This document shows positions 14,963 through 30,240 of a stretch of DNA of 64,000 nt, in pieces (position 1 is the first letter of the stretch; the number at the start of each line of letters is the position of its first letter). Origin of the DNA: Lama glama. Its lineage: Eukaryota. The stretch spans positions 31,870,001 through 31,934,000 of the forward strand of contig CM052817.1 of assembly GCA_028534125.1 (NCBI GenBank), written 5' to 3'. The notes beneath the pieces were generated by a model. That model was not told the DNA's origin. It worked only from the letters and a program-made list of their open reading frames with translations, and did no database searches. A program made the translations under genes and the position numbers.

Positions 14963-17079
14963 TTAGAAATGAGTAACATTTCTAGAATAAAGACAGAATA
15001 AACACAGTAACTCAAAAACAATACATGGGTTTTAAAATAAAAATAAGGACTAAGGTTTTAGCCAAGTAATACAGTAAAGTGAGCTAAGTTTCACTAACTA
15101 CTAAATTTTAACCAGAACCATTCAGGTTAGCTCAGTGGCTCTCCACCTTTTTCCTGACTCCATTTGCTACTCACATGTATAAAAACACGACCACCAGTAA
15201 CATCCCTGATTATATACCATACCTCTGGGTGAGCTGCTAAGCATACCATCAAACAACCACACCTACTTCCTACCCCTGGCTAGTTCCTCTCTGCTGATAT
15301 GAATGAAATGTTCTAAAATGTTGCCACTGGAAAAGATGAAGAGATGTAGAAACAAAGAAGACTGCACTGTGTTAGAACTGTGGGGAAAGCTCCAGTTTAC
15401 TCTGTACTGCTATTGACACAGAACAGAGAATTATAATAACATAATCAATCTGTGATAATCACAAATAAACTTAATAGAAATGTGCTATAATATATGCTTT
15501 TAAAGCTTAGGATATATAAATGGACAGCACAAAGGTAAATGGAGTGGGATGAACAAATGCTACTCAATTTGAAGCATCCCTGAAGTTGCCTGAATTGTAG
15601 GTGAATTATCAGATTCATTTCACGAATGAATCCAACATGCCGGTAGTGGCGGTAAGAGGTACACCGGCTACCATTAGCAGTCCCAAAGGTCTCTTCATCT
15701 CAAGAATCCAGAGAAAAAGAACTCCCTCTTCATAAAAAATTCTGTACCTGATCCAACCCATTGCTCGTAAAATTAGTATTTTTAAATTAGCATATAGTAA
15801 AACATGCTTCATTTTGTTTTTCTTAACTAAAAAACTATGGGTTGCAGGAATATTTACGGTCTTGTTCAGTTCCATGCTATAGAAAGTATCAGTTCATGAA
15901 GATAAATTGATACCTCTAGGAATTAAACATTTAACTTTCCTAATATTTTATAACTTCCAAACGTATTTTATCCAGGAAAATAGAAAACAATGAAATAGTT
16001 TGTTAGATTGTATATGCTATTCTTCCTTTTTTCATTAAATCTGTCTTCCTTTAATAATACATTTATTTATAAATTATCATAATGTAACAGGCAAATAAGG
16101 TTCTAATTTTATTCAACTATTTTTGAAAATTTATATTAATAGTGAACAGTATCACTCAAAGGAAATCCCTTTAAATATCTAGGGAGGAAACAACAAAATG
16201 CCATCTACGGCTATAAATATATATTAAAGCAGTTTACCCCAACATAGCTTTTTATTGTGAAAAAGAAATCAAGTTATGAAGCATGATCATTTATTGTTTA
16301 ACTAATCATTTATGTAAGAAAAGAAATGGAAATTTTCCTTAAAATGTTGTTTAATAAGATTTCAAATTCTGATTATTCATTCATTAGTAAAGTGGATGCA
16401 AGATGCGAATAATCTAGATATCATTACAGTAATATATTAATACATTAATAATTAATTAATAGCTAGTAGTCACTAGTACTTTGAAAGATTTGAAAAGGGT
16501 TACATAAGGTAATCTTATCACCGTAACAGAAGGCTAGCCTTCTCAATTATGGTTTCTTCCTAGACCACTGGCTATTTACTAAGTGCATGAATCGGAATCA
16601 CCTAGGGAGCTGCTGTTCAATACAGGTGCCAGAGCACCACCCTTGGTGACTGAGTCAGCAGAACTGGACTGGGATCCAGAAACACAGTCTTTTTTGGTAA
16701 GCCTCCAGCAAGTAATTCTGACTGGTCATCTCTCTGTAATCAAGTAGACTAATATGAACATTAATTTCCATTTCCTAGAAAGATTAATTATGAGAAAAGT
16801 AGCTCAGGAATACTGAGGGCTATACAAAGCTAATCTGGGTTATGGGGTTTTGCAAACAATCAACATGGAATAAAATAATTCTTGAGCAAACATAACTATG
16901 ATAAAAATAACACTTTATCAAACATTCAATCTCAGCAAGAGGAATTAATATTAGAGGACCACTGCTAAATTTTAGATATTAGTATTCTATATAAAGGGTT
17001 TGGGGTTTGGTTTGGTTTTGGTGGGTTCTTTTTTTTTTGGCCATTGTGTATCTTCTTTTCGAGTTTCTCTAGCTTTCTA

Positions 17080-17420
17080 ACATAGACAGTCCGCTTCGCC
17101 TTTGCACAAGCACAGCTGGAAGGACAGGCGTGAGCATGGGATGTAGTTAATGCCTCTTAGGGCAACCCTCAACTACTGGGGATAGGGGCTGCAGATAAAT
17201 GCTCCAGCCCCTCACCCCCATTCTTCAGGCAGACCATGACAGGTGACACTGTATAATTCTCAGAATGGAATGAACCCGCCAGTGCCCAGAGCAGTGCTCT
17301 CTACGATGCACATTTCTATCAGTCTTTCCTCCTCCCAGCTTCACTCTCAAGTCTGCTCCCTGGGATCTCGTTCCAGGACCCCGTTCTTGTCTCTGGCTGT
17401 GCTTTTAGGATGGGGTGGAG
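17080..17420. mobile_element. Ancient LTR fragment (LTR16-like)
   Basis: GC-richer island with GGGCAACCCTCAAC-type motif; family assigned from memory. Confidence 0.45.
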
Positions 17421-17864
17421 AGGGGAGAGCTGGGCTGGGAGCTTTTAATATAAAGGTTCTGACAGCCCCAGCAGGAAAAAAATAAATGTTAAAAGGTGAA
17501 ATACTGTCATGTAAAAACTGTAAACAAGGAAAGACTGAGGGACATAATTAGAAACACTCTGAGAAATTTTCAAAGGGCACAGTATAAAACGAGTGCCAAT
17601 GAAAAGTAAAAAGTTTTAAAATGCTTATTAATGTACCGAAATCAATAAAGTTCACAGCTCATTCTATGAACTATAAAGTTCAAAGTTAGCTCATTCTACT
17701 TGTCTTGTTAAAAAACAACCATTTCCAGACTGAATCTAGTGTATAAAGACATACAGGACCACTAAACAAAATAAAGGGGTTTCTTAATACTGGATATATT
17801 CGGACCAGACTGTTAGGATAAATATTTTCCTTTCAGAGATAAGTATTTCCCCACATTGGCATAC

Positions 17865-17918
17865 CTGGTCAAACTGAAGATCTTCACCCCTCTGAAGAGA
17901 TCTAGACAATGGCTTCTC
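17865..17918 (-). CDS. FRYL: FRYL coding exon (EKPLSRSLQRGEDLQFDQ)
   Basis: 54 nt; poly-T tract then tgtAG acceptor; CAG|GTATGC donor; phase 0-0; continues the FRYL sequence. Confidence 0.95.
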
Positions 17919-20732
17919 CTACAATTAAAAAAAAAAAAGAATATATACAAAATATTAGAAATCTTACATACGATAAACAATTGAGATTTGTGAGCTGGGT
18001 TCATTTTTGTTTTCATTTGTAATTAGAATCTTTTTTTTAAAAGGTTCTAATCTGCTAATTCAAAAACATTTAATATAATTAGTTTAACTTAGAATAGCAT
18101 ACGTAGTGTGACCCTTTTGTGAGTCTACACACTTGCCTTGCTGGCTACCCCACGTATAATCATCTCTTATGAATGAATGTAAGAGATGTTTCAGATTATG
18201 TTCAAATATATGGTGACTGATTCTTTTGTTGAGATTTTTTAGGATTATTTTCTAAACTTTCCACATTATGGTTTTATATTGAATTTTTATCTGAAATATG
18301 TATCACAGAAAAAACAAATGCCATTCTTCTATGAGAAAAACTAGAATTCAAAAATATATATATTTTAAAGTTTGTCTATCCAATAGAGTCCCAATTTCCT
18401 TCTCTCATTTATGACTAATCTCCATGAAAATATGCTCACAAATGTACTTGCCTCTGAACTGTAAAATTCCTTATCCAACTATCAGAGAATTGTGTTTCAA
18501 ACTAATTTAACTGGGGTCAGTAAAATACCTGAATTTCATGGCACTTGACTTTCTTGATAAGGACAGGTTTTTGGCACGTCCTTGGCACTTGAGCCCTCCT
18601 AGGCTAAGCACACTTTGGCAACGATCTCATAGACAGGTCTTCTACCTCTAAAAGCAACTATTATACACTATCGACACCCAACACAGTAATGATCCTGTCC
18701 ATAACATGTACGCCCAAGAAACTAGCTCCAAAATTTAAGTAGAATGGGACATCTCATCGTAAGTCCAACAGAACATTGTTTCTAAGAGTACCTAAAAGTT
18801 TGAAAAATACTGAGCTATCCTAATGTGAATTGTGTATTTAAAACCTGTGCGGGGGGTAGTGCTAGGGGAGATGATAAGCAGTTTCTTCCCAACTTATCTG
18901 ACTTACTTGATCCCCTCCTCTTGATGCCCCCTTTCCACTGTAATATTAAATTTACAGGTCTTCAGTCATGCTTTGAGGAAGGTTGTTCTAAGTAGTTTAT
19001 TATTCACATACCGTGTTTATACAGTAAAGTAATGGCCAAGAAGAACAGAAGAGAGCAGTAACCTTCTCAGAAACACTTATGCTGTTTTCCTATATTTAAC
19101 ACTTGTCATTTCTCAACAAACTCATGCTTCCTCAAAGGTTTCTGAAGATTTGACATCTTCACGGAGCTTTCCCTAAACCAAACAGTGGGGGTGAGCTATT
19201 TTTTCCATAATAAAAACTCAGAAATGATTTTTGAATGCAGAAGAACACTCACATTACCATAAGTACAAAGACGTGAAATAAGAGTACTGCACTAAATAAA
19301 AGTACCTCATCAAGGACTTTAAATTAACCTACGGTTGAGGATGACCCAATCATTGTTAAACAGATGTACTTTCAATGTGAGATTTTGAAAAGATAAACCA
19401 CTTAAAAATATGTTTATAGTAAATGCAACCCACAATCATAACAACTGAAAAGAATACAGATTATTGTCTATATTCACATAAAGATGAATGCAAAGATGTA
19501 GGTACAAGAATATTTACTGTAGCATTTTTTTCATAGCAGCCCCAAACTGGTGTAAGTCCCAGATTGTCTATCCACAGAAACAGGTTAAAAAAAAAAGTTT
19601 ATAGTTCTTTCTTTTATTGAAATAATATTCAACTCTTTGAAAGGATGAAACAAATTTATATGGGCTGATAATAGAACATTCTCTGATTTACATTGTTAAA
19701 ATAAAAATAGTTACAGAAAAAAAATCCATATAAAACCTCTCATTTGTGTTCCCCTCCCAAAAAAGGTGGACGCTGCTACAGAGATTGATGAATAGTAGAC
19801 ATGAAAAATGGCAGATGAAAAAGTATGGACCGTGATTTGATCCAGAATGGAAGCAAGGGTCATTGTTTTTATTATATAACCTTTAAAACTATTTCTACTT
19901 TTTATAATGTCATTAGATTAATAATGATTCTAAAGCTAATAATCCTTTATATTCTAATTTGATTTTTTAACTAGTATCTATGTATGGAGGCACCAATAGC
20001 AGCATGGAGCTTCCAGCAAAAGCAAGGGAGTTTATTGAAGATTCTGATGGCATAACAATGATGCTGAAATATTTCAATAATTTGCAACTGCAGATGGCAT
20101 TCTCTCCTAAACAATCCTTGTCCTCACAGAGCTAAAAGTCTAATGACAGAGCAAAGAAAATACATACTACACCTTACACTGACTTTAGGATAGGAAGTTG
20201 CAACAGAGCAGCCTCAAGATTTTATATTGACCACGGGGAAGATGACATTTGAGTCACAATCAGAGGGAAGTGAGTAAGCTTGCTACGCAGACTGAAGGAA
20301 AGATAATCCAGTCAGTACCTTGGAACTCCCAAAGGGCTGAGGAATCAGAGAATTTCAGTGCTACGAAAGTGTGGGTGAAGGTGAAGTTAAAAGTAAGAGG
20401 GCTGGCTGAATGATTGTTCAGGAAAAGTGTAGACCTTCCTTTTCATTCCCTTCACCCTACTTACAAAGGAACTGCCCTTCCTGGGAATGGGCAAAACCCA
20501 GACATGCAGACTGGGGGGGTACTACAGTTGAAGATGAGGTATCATACTGAAGGTATCATGTCTTCAACAGGGAGCTTAGGTGAAAATGTACATACCAGAT
20601 ACCAAAAACCCCAGTTACCTCCTGCCTCTAGATCCCAGGATGCTAGCAGCCAAGCTCAGACCCTTCCGTGTGGGCTGCTGAAGGAACCCCCTCAGGAGAC
20701 TGACCAGCCCCCAACAAAACTGGGATTTCAAA

Positions 20733-20917
20733 ATTGTAGAATAGATAAACAAGATTACACTGTATAGCACAGGGAAATATACACAAAATGTTATGATAAA
20801 TCACAGAGAAAAAAATGTGACAATGAGTGTGTATATGTCCATGAATGACTGAAAAATTGTGCTGAACACTGGAATTTGACACAACACTGTAAAATGATTA
20901 TGAATCAATAAAAAATG
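20733..20917 (+). mobile_element. Young L1 3' end running into the assembly gap
   Basis: TGTATAGCACAGGGAAATAT motif, ends in AATAAAAAATG. Confidence 0.82.
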
Positions 20918-21017
20918 NNNNNNNNNNNNNNNNNNNNNNNNNNNNNNNNNNNNNNNNNNNNNNNNNNNNNNNNNNNNNNNNNNNNNNNNNNNNNNNNNNN
21001 NNNNNNNNNNNNNNNNN
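20918..21017. other. Assembly gap (100 N)
   Basis: Run of exactly 100 N, typical of an unknown-size placeholder. Confidence 0.99.
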
Positions 21018-21921
21018 GATCTGACATTGATGGTTCAGATGATTACATATTAAAGACCACTGTCAAAAAAGCATGTATACTGGGCTTCCAATCAGCTGTC
21101 TAGTGCCTCAATCATAATAAATAATATACAACAAGTTATAATAAACATGTGAGGAGAAGGAAAATGCAATTTGGAGGAAATAAGAGATCAGAAACTCTTT
21201 TAAAACTACATACATATTTAATATTTAATATGAAAAAGTAGTGGACAGTGCAGAGTTGTAAAAATGCTGGGCCTAACCAAATACATAAAGTCTAGGCCGG
21301 TAGATGATTGGTTAAAGTCTTTTTTCCTATCTTCTCTTCTGGTCACTGGCAATCTAAAGATAAGATTAACAGGTAAGCTTGGATGTGCCTGTATCATTAT
21401 CCAGGACTGATCAGCCTCCTTTTAGGAAGAAAGAAACCTAAGGTATTGGATTGCATAGTTTGCAAGGTGCAATTTTAATCAATGGTTGCCCTTCCTTCTT
21501 GAAACTTCCTTCTAAGATGAAAATGAAACTGAGGCTAAAGTCAAGCTCAGCTGATCTTCAAATCTTTTGGCTTCCTTAATCTCCTTTAATTATGGCTTCT
21601 AATATGAGAATGAAAAGGCCAGTTCCCTCATTTTTGTGGTAGATTAAATTCTTTTAGCAAAAGCCATTCACATTTGTGCTTCTAGGTTTTTATGTAACCT
21701 ACTGTCCACCTGACCATGAAACCTGCATGCTAGCAATCTATTATGTAATTCACAGACCCTGATGAAGAAAATAACATTTTATAGATTAACTACATTTTCA
21801 ATTAAACCTTATAGTCATTAATTCATATCTACAAGCTCTTGTAATCCTGAATTCTAAAGCACACCTTTATCTTATATGCATGCTATAGAATATACATACA
21901 CTGGTATAAAAACAAACATTA

Positions 21922-22075
21922 GGGGGAGGCGTATAGCTCAGGGGTACAGTGTGTGCTTAGCATGCACAAGGTCCTGGGTTCAATCCCCAGTGCCACCATT
22001 AAAAAGTAAACAAACAAACCTAATTACCTCCCCACCGCAAAATGTAATAAGGGAAAAAAAGTTTTTTTTTAAAAA
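21922..22075 (+). mobile_element. tRNA-derived SINE (camelid Vic-1-like)
   Basis: GGGGGAGGCGTATAGCTCAG head, GGTTCAATCCCCAG B box, CCTAATTACCTCCCC 3' motif. Confidence 0.88.
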
Positions 22076-23659
22076 AAACCCATTAGTTTGATATGCAGAA
22101 AGCAATCGTGAAATAATTTAAATTGAATATCGTTAAGATGTACAGTTTTGAAATACACATTTTGGCTAGTGATTGTTTACCTGTTACTATTTATTAAACC
22201 TCAGATACATTATTTCATAGATGCTTTCCTCAGAGCAGTTTCCTCTATTTAATGATCAGAAAGAAACTCACAGGCATGCACGTACCCACTTACACACCAT
22301 CACATTAGCAATGTTAAATTCTACGCTGCTAAGAAAATTAAGAACACATAATAATACTTCCTTTGACTTCCCTCCTTTCTTAGGTCATCATTATTCTCTC
22401 CTCTGTTCCTTTCCTCCCTTCTTTCTGAGGAAGGACAGCAGGCTGAGTGAGCCTAATACCCCATTTCTGTCACTTCTTGGCTTTGGGCTTCAGACAAGTA
22501 ACAAACCCTTTGAGGCTCAAAATGGCAGGGAACACCTGTCTCTAATCTAGTTGTGTTAAGGAATAAATAAGCTTCAGCTGTTACATCCTCGACTTCCACC
22601 TTCACTATTATCATCCCACTTCTAACCTACAATGTGATCTTGGTAAATCACATATCCATTCCCTTCAAATCCAAAGAGTTACTCCCTGAAGTTATATCAT
22701 CCTGCTAAAACTGCTCTCAGGCTGATTAATCTCCTTTCCTCAGTTCACTGTACTCTGCCTCTCTATTACAGGACAATCATAATACTATTCTCTTTCCCTT
22801 GATATCATTGTCTGCTCTTTTGACTTTAATTATCACCCTCATGTACATGATGTAAAAATCTCTATTTCTGTTTACCATCTCTTGTGAGTTCCCAAAAAGA
22901 ATCCCCAGCTACCAATCAAATAGTTCCACAGGGTTTAGATCAGTAGTAGCTCCAGCTTAACATACACAAAAGAAAAATTATCTTACTCACCTTTACTATC
23001 CCAATAGTATCGCTGTGTTCTTTACCTAAATAAACACACTACCATCTTTTCTAATGGTAAATCTTTAATCCTTCACTTTCACTCAAAACACCTGCTCCTA
23101 TTTAACTTTGTGTCAACTTCTACTTATTTTGTTTCTGTTATTTCTCATTTTTTCTGCAGTCACTTGCACCGTTAATGCCCTAGTTTGAGACTCTTTCCAT
23201 TCCAGCCTGAATTACATACAATAGCTAAAGTCTCTGCCTTTAATCTGTTCTCCCTCTTACTGTCCAACCACTGTATAATCTATCCTAATAGCCTTCACAA
23301 TTCTAACCCGATCATTTGTTCTAACCCAATCTAACCCAAACATTTGTTTTCAGTATTCCTCTTCCTTCTTCCTCATCATAAGCTCAAATCACATAGAGCA
23401 CCCATATTCCTTAAGTATCGCCTTGTACTACAAGAACAAAGCTGTTTACTTGTTTATTATAAATTTGGCCACTGTCATACCATCTACTCACAGAATATTC
23501 TAGATTTTTCTTTATATTCTATTATGTTTTACCTGTCTCAACAATTCCCATTGGTGAAATCCATTTTTGTTCTTTGGTGACCTGCAGTAACTTATCAAAT
23601 TCCAGAGTCATTACAGCTTTTTTAGATCACAACTTTACTACCGGTCTAGCCCTTACTTT

Positions 23660-24102
23660 TTTTAAGATTATTTTTTAGAACAGTTTTAGGTTCATGGCAA
23701 AAGTGAGCAGTAGGCAGACTTGCCATATACCCCTGTGCCCACACATGCACAGTGTTCCCCATTATTAACATTCTGCACCAGAGGGGTGCATTTGTTGTAA
23801 CTGCTGAACCTATGCTTACACATCCTAATCACCCAGTCTACAGACTGCACTGTGATTCACAACTGGCCTTGTATATTCCATGGATTTGGACAGATGTATA
23901 ATGACATGTATCCATCACTGTAGTATCACAAAGGATATTTCCACTGCCTTAAAAATCTTCTGTGTCTGCCTATTCACCCCACCTCTACTCCCACCCAACC
24001 CCTAGCAACCACTGATCTTTCACTGTCTCCATAGTTTTGCCTTTTCCAGAATGTCATATAGTTGGAATTATATAGTATGTAGCCTTTTCAGATTGGCTTC
24101 CT
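23660..24102 (-). mobile_element. Old L1 3'UTR fragment
   Basis: Similar to 36850-37280 and to the reverse complement of 30050-30630. Confidence 0.8.
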
Positions 24103-24187
24103 TTAATATTTTTTTCAAGTATATTATTTCCTTTGGAAAACTTGTATTATATTGGTTAACACAAGTCAAGAAAATATTTCAGATTTA

Positions 24188-24436
<249 letters not shown>

Positions 24437-24449
24437 TTAATAATCAGCT

Positions 24450-25350
24450 CAGTTAAAGCCAACCATAACCACCCTATTTAATGTGCATCCCATCCAGATT
24501 TCCCAATCTGTATTACCATACTCTGTTTTTTTTTCTACTACACTTACTGCCTTCTAACACACTGCCCAACATAACTATTATTTAGTTACATACTATGTTT
24601 ATTACGTGCTGTTTTTCTCTTTACCCTACTATTGTGAATTCTATAAGAATAGAGATTCTCTCTTGTCTATTTTGTTCACTGATGAATCCCAAGTGCCTAG
24701 AACAATGCCTGGCATATACTAGGCATACAAAAAACAGATACTGAATGGATGAATTCTAAACAAAGTTCTGTGCAAGGAAGGAAATAAAACGTGAATAAAT
24801 GAAACACAAATGGAGTAAAGAAGTTGAAATACACTACTTTGGAGAGGCTCAGGAAAGGATTCCTCTGAAGAAAGGACCATTTGACCTCAGATTTAAATGA
24901 TGAAGAAAGAGGAAACAAGGCAAAGCACCGGCACAGAAAGTGCAAAGTTGAGTGTGAACGAGAAACAAAAGGAGGACCCATGCAGCCGGAGCTCAAGAGA
25001 GGGAGCAGGGGTGAGAGCAATGTGACATGAGGTCAGAACTCTTAGTGAGGATCACAGTTTCAGAAGTTTGTAAGGAAATCAGATTCTATTCTCAATGTAA
25101 TTAAAATTCATGATAAGTATTAACTTGGAGAGGGACAGGATGTGGCTTCTCTTTAAAAGACCTCTGGCTGCTCTGGAGAATGGACTGGAAGGGGCCAAAT
25201 GCGGAATTGGGGAAGCATGAGGGAACCCAGGGGAGATGGTCCCAGCTTGGGCTAAGAGAATGGCAGCTGCACAGCAGAGGAGGAGAAGGACTCGAGATTT
25301 GTCAGATGTTAGTGGACCTGACATCGAGGTGAGGGGAAGGAATTTACGAT
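24450..25350. mobile_element. L2 fragments
   Basis: TTGTTCACTGATGAATCCCAAGTGCCTAGAACAATGCCTGGCA (L2 3' end) and purine-rich L2-like body. Confidence 0.6.
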
Positions 25351-28300
25351 GACTCATATGGCTTTTCTTGGAATCACTCAAAGCAGAGACAGGGATGACT
25401 CTGCGCCTGGCAAACAGTACATCGCACCAAGTATGGCCCAAAAAGAACTCACATCAGTGCTTGCTGTTTATCTTCACCTGCTCTGTTCTCTTGACTGCCT
25501 GGTTTTTATCTATAGTTTAATCCAGTCGCCCGATCCTCCAGGGTGTTGTATAATACAGAACTTCCCATTCTTTAACTTCAACTTTCAACATCCCCTTTGG
25601 CCTAGAATATTCACAGAGAACCCTCCAGAATGTACTTCTCTTCCTCAACATCAACTCCAGACACTGTCCTTTCAATACGCTGTCCTATCAACAACGCCCT
25701 CCTTGAAACAGGAAGCAAAACACAATTTTTCAAACACTGAAATTTCTGTCCATGTGCATGTGTGTATGTAACCATAGGACAAGAAATTTATTCTAAATAA
25801 ACACATTCTCAACACATTCTCACATAAAAGGAATTGTTCTGTCAACAACCACAGTAATAAGAAAGCCTACATACCAAACATAGTATATGTCAAGATATCT
25901 AAAGGTGACTGTGGTAACTCCAAAAGAAAATTCTAGAAAGTAATACCAAGTCACGTTATAGCAGCCGCTTCAGAAAAATAATCTACAAATTAAAAAAAAT
26001 AAATATCTTTGAAAGACAGAACTTCCAAATACCAAAGAATGGCTTCCTTTCATGTCCTACTCATTATCTTCATTTATTTACTTATTTTTGCACAGAATAT
26101 TTTCCTCCAAGGTTAAGATTAAAAATTAGTCCCATGTGATGCTTATATATTTAAAGCAATAATAAAGAAAATTATAAACTGTTAATATTGCATCTAAAAT
26201 AAATCTTTGTATCCCATAAAATTAAAATACAGTATGTGTTGTATTCTAGAATGAAAATTATATAAGAACAATTCAAAACAAAAATTCACAGTCCTTTGAA
26301 CACAGTACACACTATTTATTTTAAACAATGACTTGTTTGTTTACTCTGTTTCATGATCCAACATTGTGTATTATAAAGGAGAGAATGTGTTAACAAATGT
26401 CATTGTGGGAAAAGGAGATCTTAAATTTAAAAAATTTATTTTGGATCATTAAGAATACTCTATATTTTATATCCACATCATATTGGATAACCCTAAGGAA
26501 TCATAAAATAGTGGAAAAAAAAAAAAAGGCTACTCAGATAGTTTCCAGAATTTTAATTTACATTTTAGAGACAAAAATGAAGATGAAACATTTTTAAGAT
26601 TTTGATTTGTCATGGTAGACACAAAACATATCTTTTCCTTTAATTAAGTTTCATAAGATCATAAGAGAGTTACAAAGTTTCTTTGGCTTTAACTTTACAA
26701 TAAATGTTTTAAACAAGAAGCCTATATTAGACCTTGGTACTTGAATTATAGACTTTGATGAGGTATAAACTTAATGACATTTTAGCCTTTAAAGTCTCCT
26801 CAAAGAAATAAAGAAAGAAAAGGAAGAAATTTTAGTTCAAATGATCTCTCAAATAACTCACCCTTACTGTCTTCTACTTCCTAAAAAGCATAAACATAAA
26901 TTAAGCATAAACAAATAGTCCTAGGTATCAAAATTGTGTATTTTAAGAAATTTGCCAATAAAGCCCAAAGTTTTAGGGAAATCTGTACTCATCTTCCAAA
27001 TGAAGATTTATCTTCCAAATATCTATATTGTCTTCCAAAATAAAAATACTTCAAGTTTAAAAACATCAAATTTTTATGGAAGTTACTTTTTCAGAGTTAA
27101 TCTCTTTTACCTCCATCCACAAAGCTCTAATAAAATCCATTAGAAAAAGACCCACACCCCCAAACTGAAAACTGGACAAAGGACATGAAGAAACAAGCTA
27201 CAAAAGATAAAACAGAAGAAGCCAATAACTATGAAAATAATATTTAACCTTACTAACATTTAAAAATAAATAAAAATTAGATAACATTTTCATTTATCAA
27301 AGTAGTTTCCTCCAATTATATATTTCACTATAATGTTCATCTTTGGTAAAGATATGTGAATTTTTCTCATATTCTGCTAATAGTTAAGAAAAAGGGATGG
27401 TTACTCTAAGCAAGGTGAGAAGGCTAGTTTCCACATAACTAGATTAACTTGATGTCACTTGACTGCTTGAGTTAAATATTTTATCAGGTTAAGTATTACT
27501 ATTTCTCTACACGCTATTAAAATTTTTTGAAAATTTTATGTAAGCCCATGACAGAAAAAGACATAATTGTTGAGTGTAACTCTTAAGAACACAATTCAGG
27601 CACTGAATTACAACTTGTAGAAAAACTAATGTCATAGTAAACATCCTTGGAATATAAATTTATTAAACTCTAACTGATAATAAAAAGAGTAAATCAAGAC
27701 CTGAACAAACAACATATAAAATAAAAATAAAATTAAAAAATTAAAAGTGAGCATGTCTACTCTTTCTCTTCAATAAGATGCAAATGAAAATTAAATAAGG
27801 TATTTTTAGACGGCTGACTCTCTCTATAGTATTATACTTAGCATATTTCATAAAACAATGATCTTTTTCATGCTTGTAAGACTCTTATACCCTTACAGGA
27901 TAAATTTAAATTCAATCAAAGGGAACAGACAAGTGAGAAGAGACACAGAACCCCTAAACTGATGCATGTTTGGTTTCACTACTTTAGAGCAACATGTCTC
28001 AGCTTTTTCTGCCTCTACTATATTCTTACACACCACACTGTAAACATAACATCCCTCAAAATACACAGTGACTCTCAATGACCGAGGTGTTTCAGATGAT
28101 GGATGGGAAGGATAAGGGTGGGTGGATGTAGTCTAAAAAGACCCCAGTGGAGTCTGTGAAAGCTGCCTGCAGCACCCTCACCCCCAAGGACAGGTCTTTA
28201 GGGACAGAAGTTACTATACTGTAGTCACAACTTTATATATGGACATGCGTATTACACACACACATTTATGTAGAGATTTATATAATAAAGGTAACAAAAT

Positions 28301-29120
28301 ACCACACAATTGCTTCCTATTATAATAACTATTACTTATATTGGCTAATAATAAACATGTTGATGATGACCTAGGAAAGAAAAGGTATAAGGTAAATGGT
28401 CTTTGAATAAGAAAAAAAGTCAAAAATATCTCTGAATTTTAAAAGCAAAAGCAAAATTCTTAGTTTAAAAAGCAAGCCTATCCTAGCAAGTTACTTGTGG
28501 CTATCAACAAACTGCATCTGAAGTTTATGTGAAGAGGCAAATGACCTGGAATAGCCAACACAACATTGAAGGAGAACAAAGTTGGAGGACTTACACTACC
28601 CAACTTCGAGACTTACTTTAAAGCTACAGTAATCAAGACAGTGTGGTACTGATTAAAGAATCCATAAATAGATCAGTGGAACAGAACAGAGAACCCAGGA
28701 ATAGACCCGCACAAATGCAGTCAACTGAAAATGATCTGTGACGGGGGAGCAAAGGCAATTCATAGAAAAAGGAGACCTTTCAACAAATGGTGCTGGAATG
28801 ACTGAAAAAAAATGATTGCAAAAAAAAAAAAATCTAGACACAACCTATGCCTTTTACAAAAACTAATTCAAAATAAATCATAAACTAACTCAAAAATAAA
28901 TAAGAATCTAGGCACAGAGCTTACATCTTTTATAAAAACTAACTCAAAATAAATCAATAGATCTAAATGTAAAATGCAAAACTACAAATTTCCACACTAT
29001 AAGAAGGAGAAAATCAAAGAGTTCTTGGGTTTGGCAAGGACTTTATAGATCCAACATCAAAATCAAAATCCATGAAAGAAAAATTGATAAACTGAGCTTT
29101 ATTAAAATTAATAACTTCAG

Positions 29121-29359
29121 ATTTGTACATGTTAGCCACTATATATTAAAATATATTTGAAAAAACAAATTTCTTCTGCATAGCACAGGGAACTATATTC
29201 AGTATCTTATAATAACCTTTAATGAAAAAGAATATGAAAATGAATACATATGTATGTATATGCATGACTGGGACATTGCACAGTACACCAGAAATTTACA
29301 CATTGTAACTGACTATACATCAATAAAAAAATAAATAAATAAAATAAAAACAAAAAAAT
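29121..29359 (+). mobile_element. Young L1 3' end nested in the old L1
   Basis: TAGCACAGGGAACTATATTC motif, A-rich tail; TSD TTAATAACTTCAG at 29108-29120 and 29360-29372. Confidence 0.88.
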
Positions 29360-30147
29360 TTAATAACTTCAGCTCTGCAAAAGACAGTTAAGAGAATGAA
29401 AAGATGGACTGGGAGAAAATCTTTGCAAAACACATATATGATAAAGAACTGTTATCCAATATATATAAATAATTCTTAAAACTCAATAAGCAAATAAACA
29501 ATCTAATTTTAAAATGGGCAAAATATTTGACTACACTCTTCACCAAAGAAGGCATATTGGTGACAAATACGCATATGAAAAGATGCTCCACATCATATGT
29601 CTACAGAAAAATGCAAATTAAGACAACAATAAGATACCATTACAGCTATTAGAACAACCAAAACTCGTAACACTGACAACAATAAGTGCTGGTGAGAATG
29701 TGAACAACAGGAATTCTTAGTCATCACTGGTGGGTATGTAAAAGGGAAGACAGTTTGAAGGTTTCTTACAAAACTAAATATATTCTTACCACACAAGACA
29801 GCAACTGTGCTCTTTGGTATTTATCCAAAGGAAATGAAAACATCCACACAAAAACCTGCACACAGATGTTTACAGCAGCTTTATTCATAATTGCCAAAAC
29901 TTGGAAGCAACTAACATGTCCTTCAGTAGGTGAATGGATAAACAAACTGTGGTACATCCAGACACTGAAATATTATTCAGTGCTAAAATGAAATGAATTA
30001 TCTAGCCATGAAAAGACTTGAAGGGAACCTAACTGCATATTACTAAGTGAAAGAAGCCAGTCTGAAAAAGTCATATACTGTATGATTCTAACTGTCTGAC
30101 ATTCTAGAAAAGGCAAAACTATGGAGACAATAAAAAGATGAGTGTAT

Positions 30148-30240
30148 AGGGGTGTAGGTGTAGCTCTGTGGTAGAGTGCGTGCTTAGCATCGACCAGGTC
30201 CTGAGTTCAGTCCACAGTACCTCCATTTTAAAAAAAAAGA
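30148..30240 (+). mobile_element. tRNA-derived SINE nested in an older L1
   Basis: GTAGCTCTGTGGTAGAG...GAGTTCAGTCC with A tail; imperfect flanking repeat AAAGATGAGTG / AAAGATCAGTG. Confidence 0.85.

Noticed and set aside
20915..21103. ORF containing a run of X
   Set aside because: Artefact of the 100-N gap.
25079..25771. 120-aa and 140-aa ORFs
   Set aside because: Partly overlap L2-like sequence, with no recognisable domain or exon support; expected chance ORFs.
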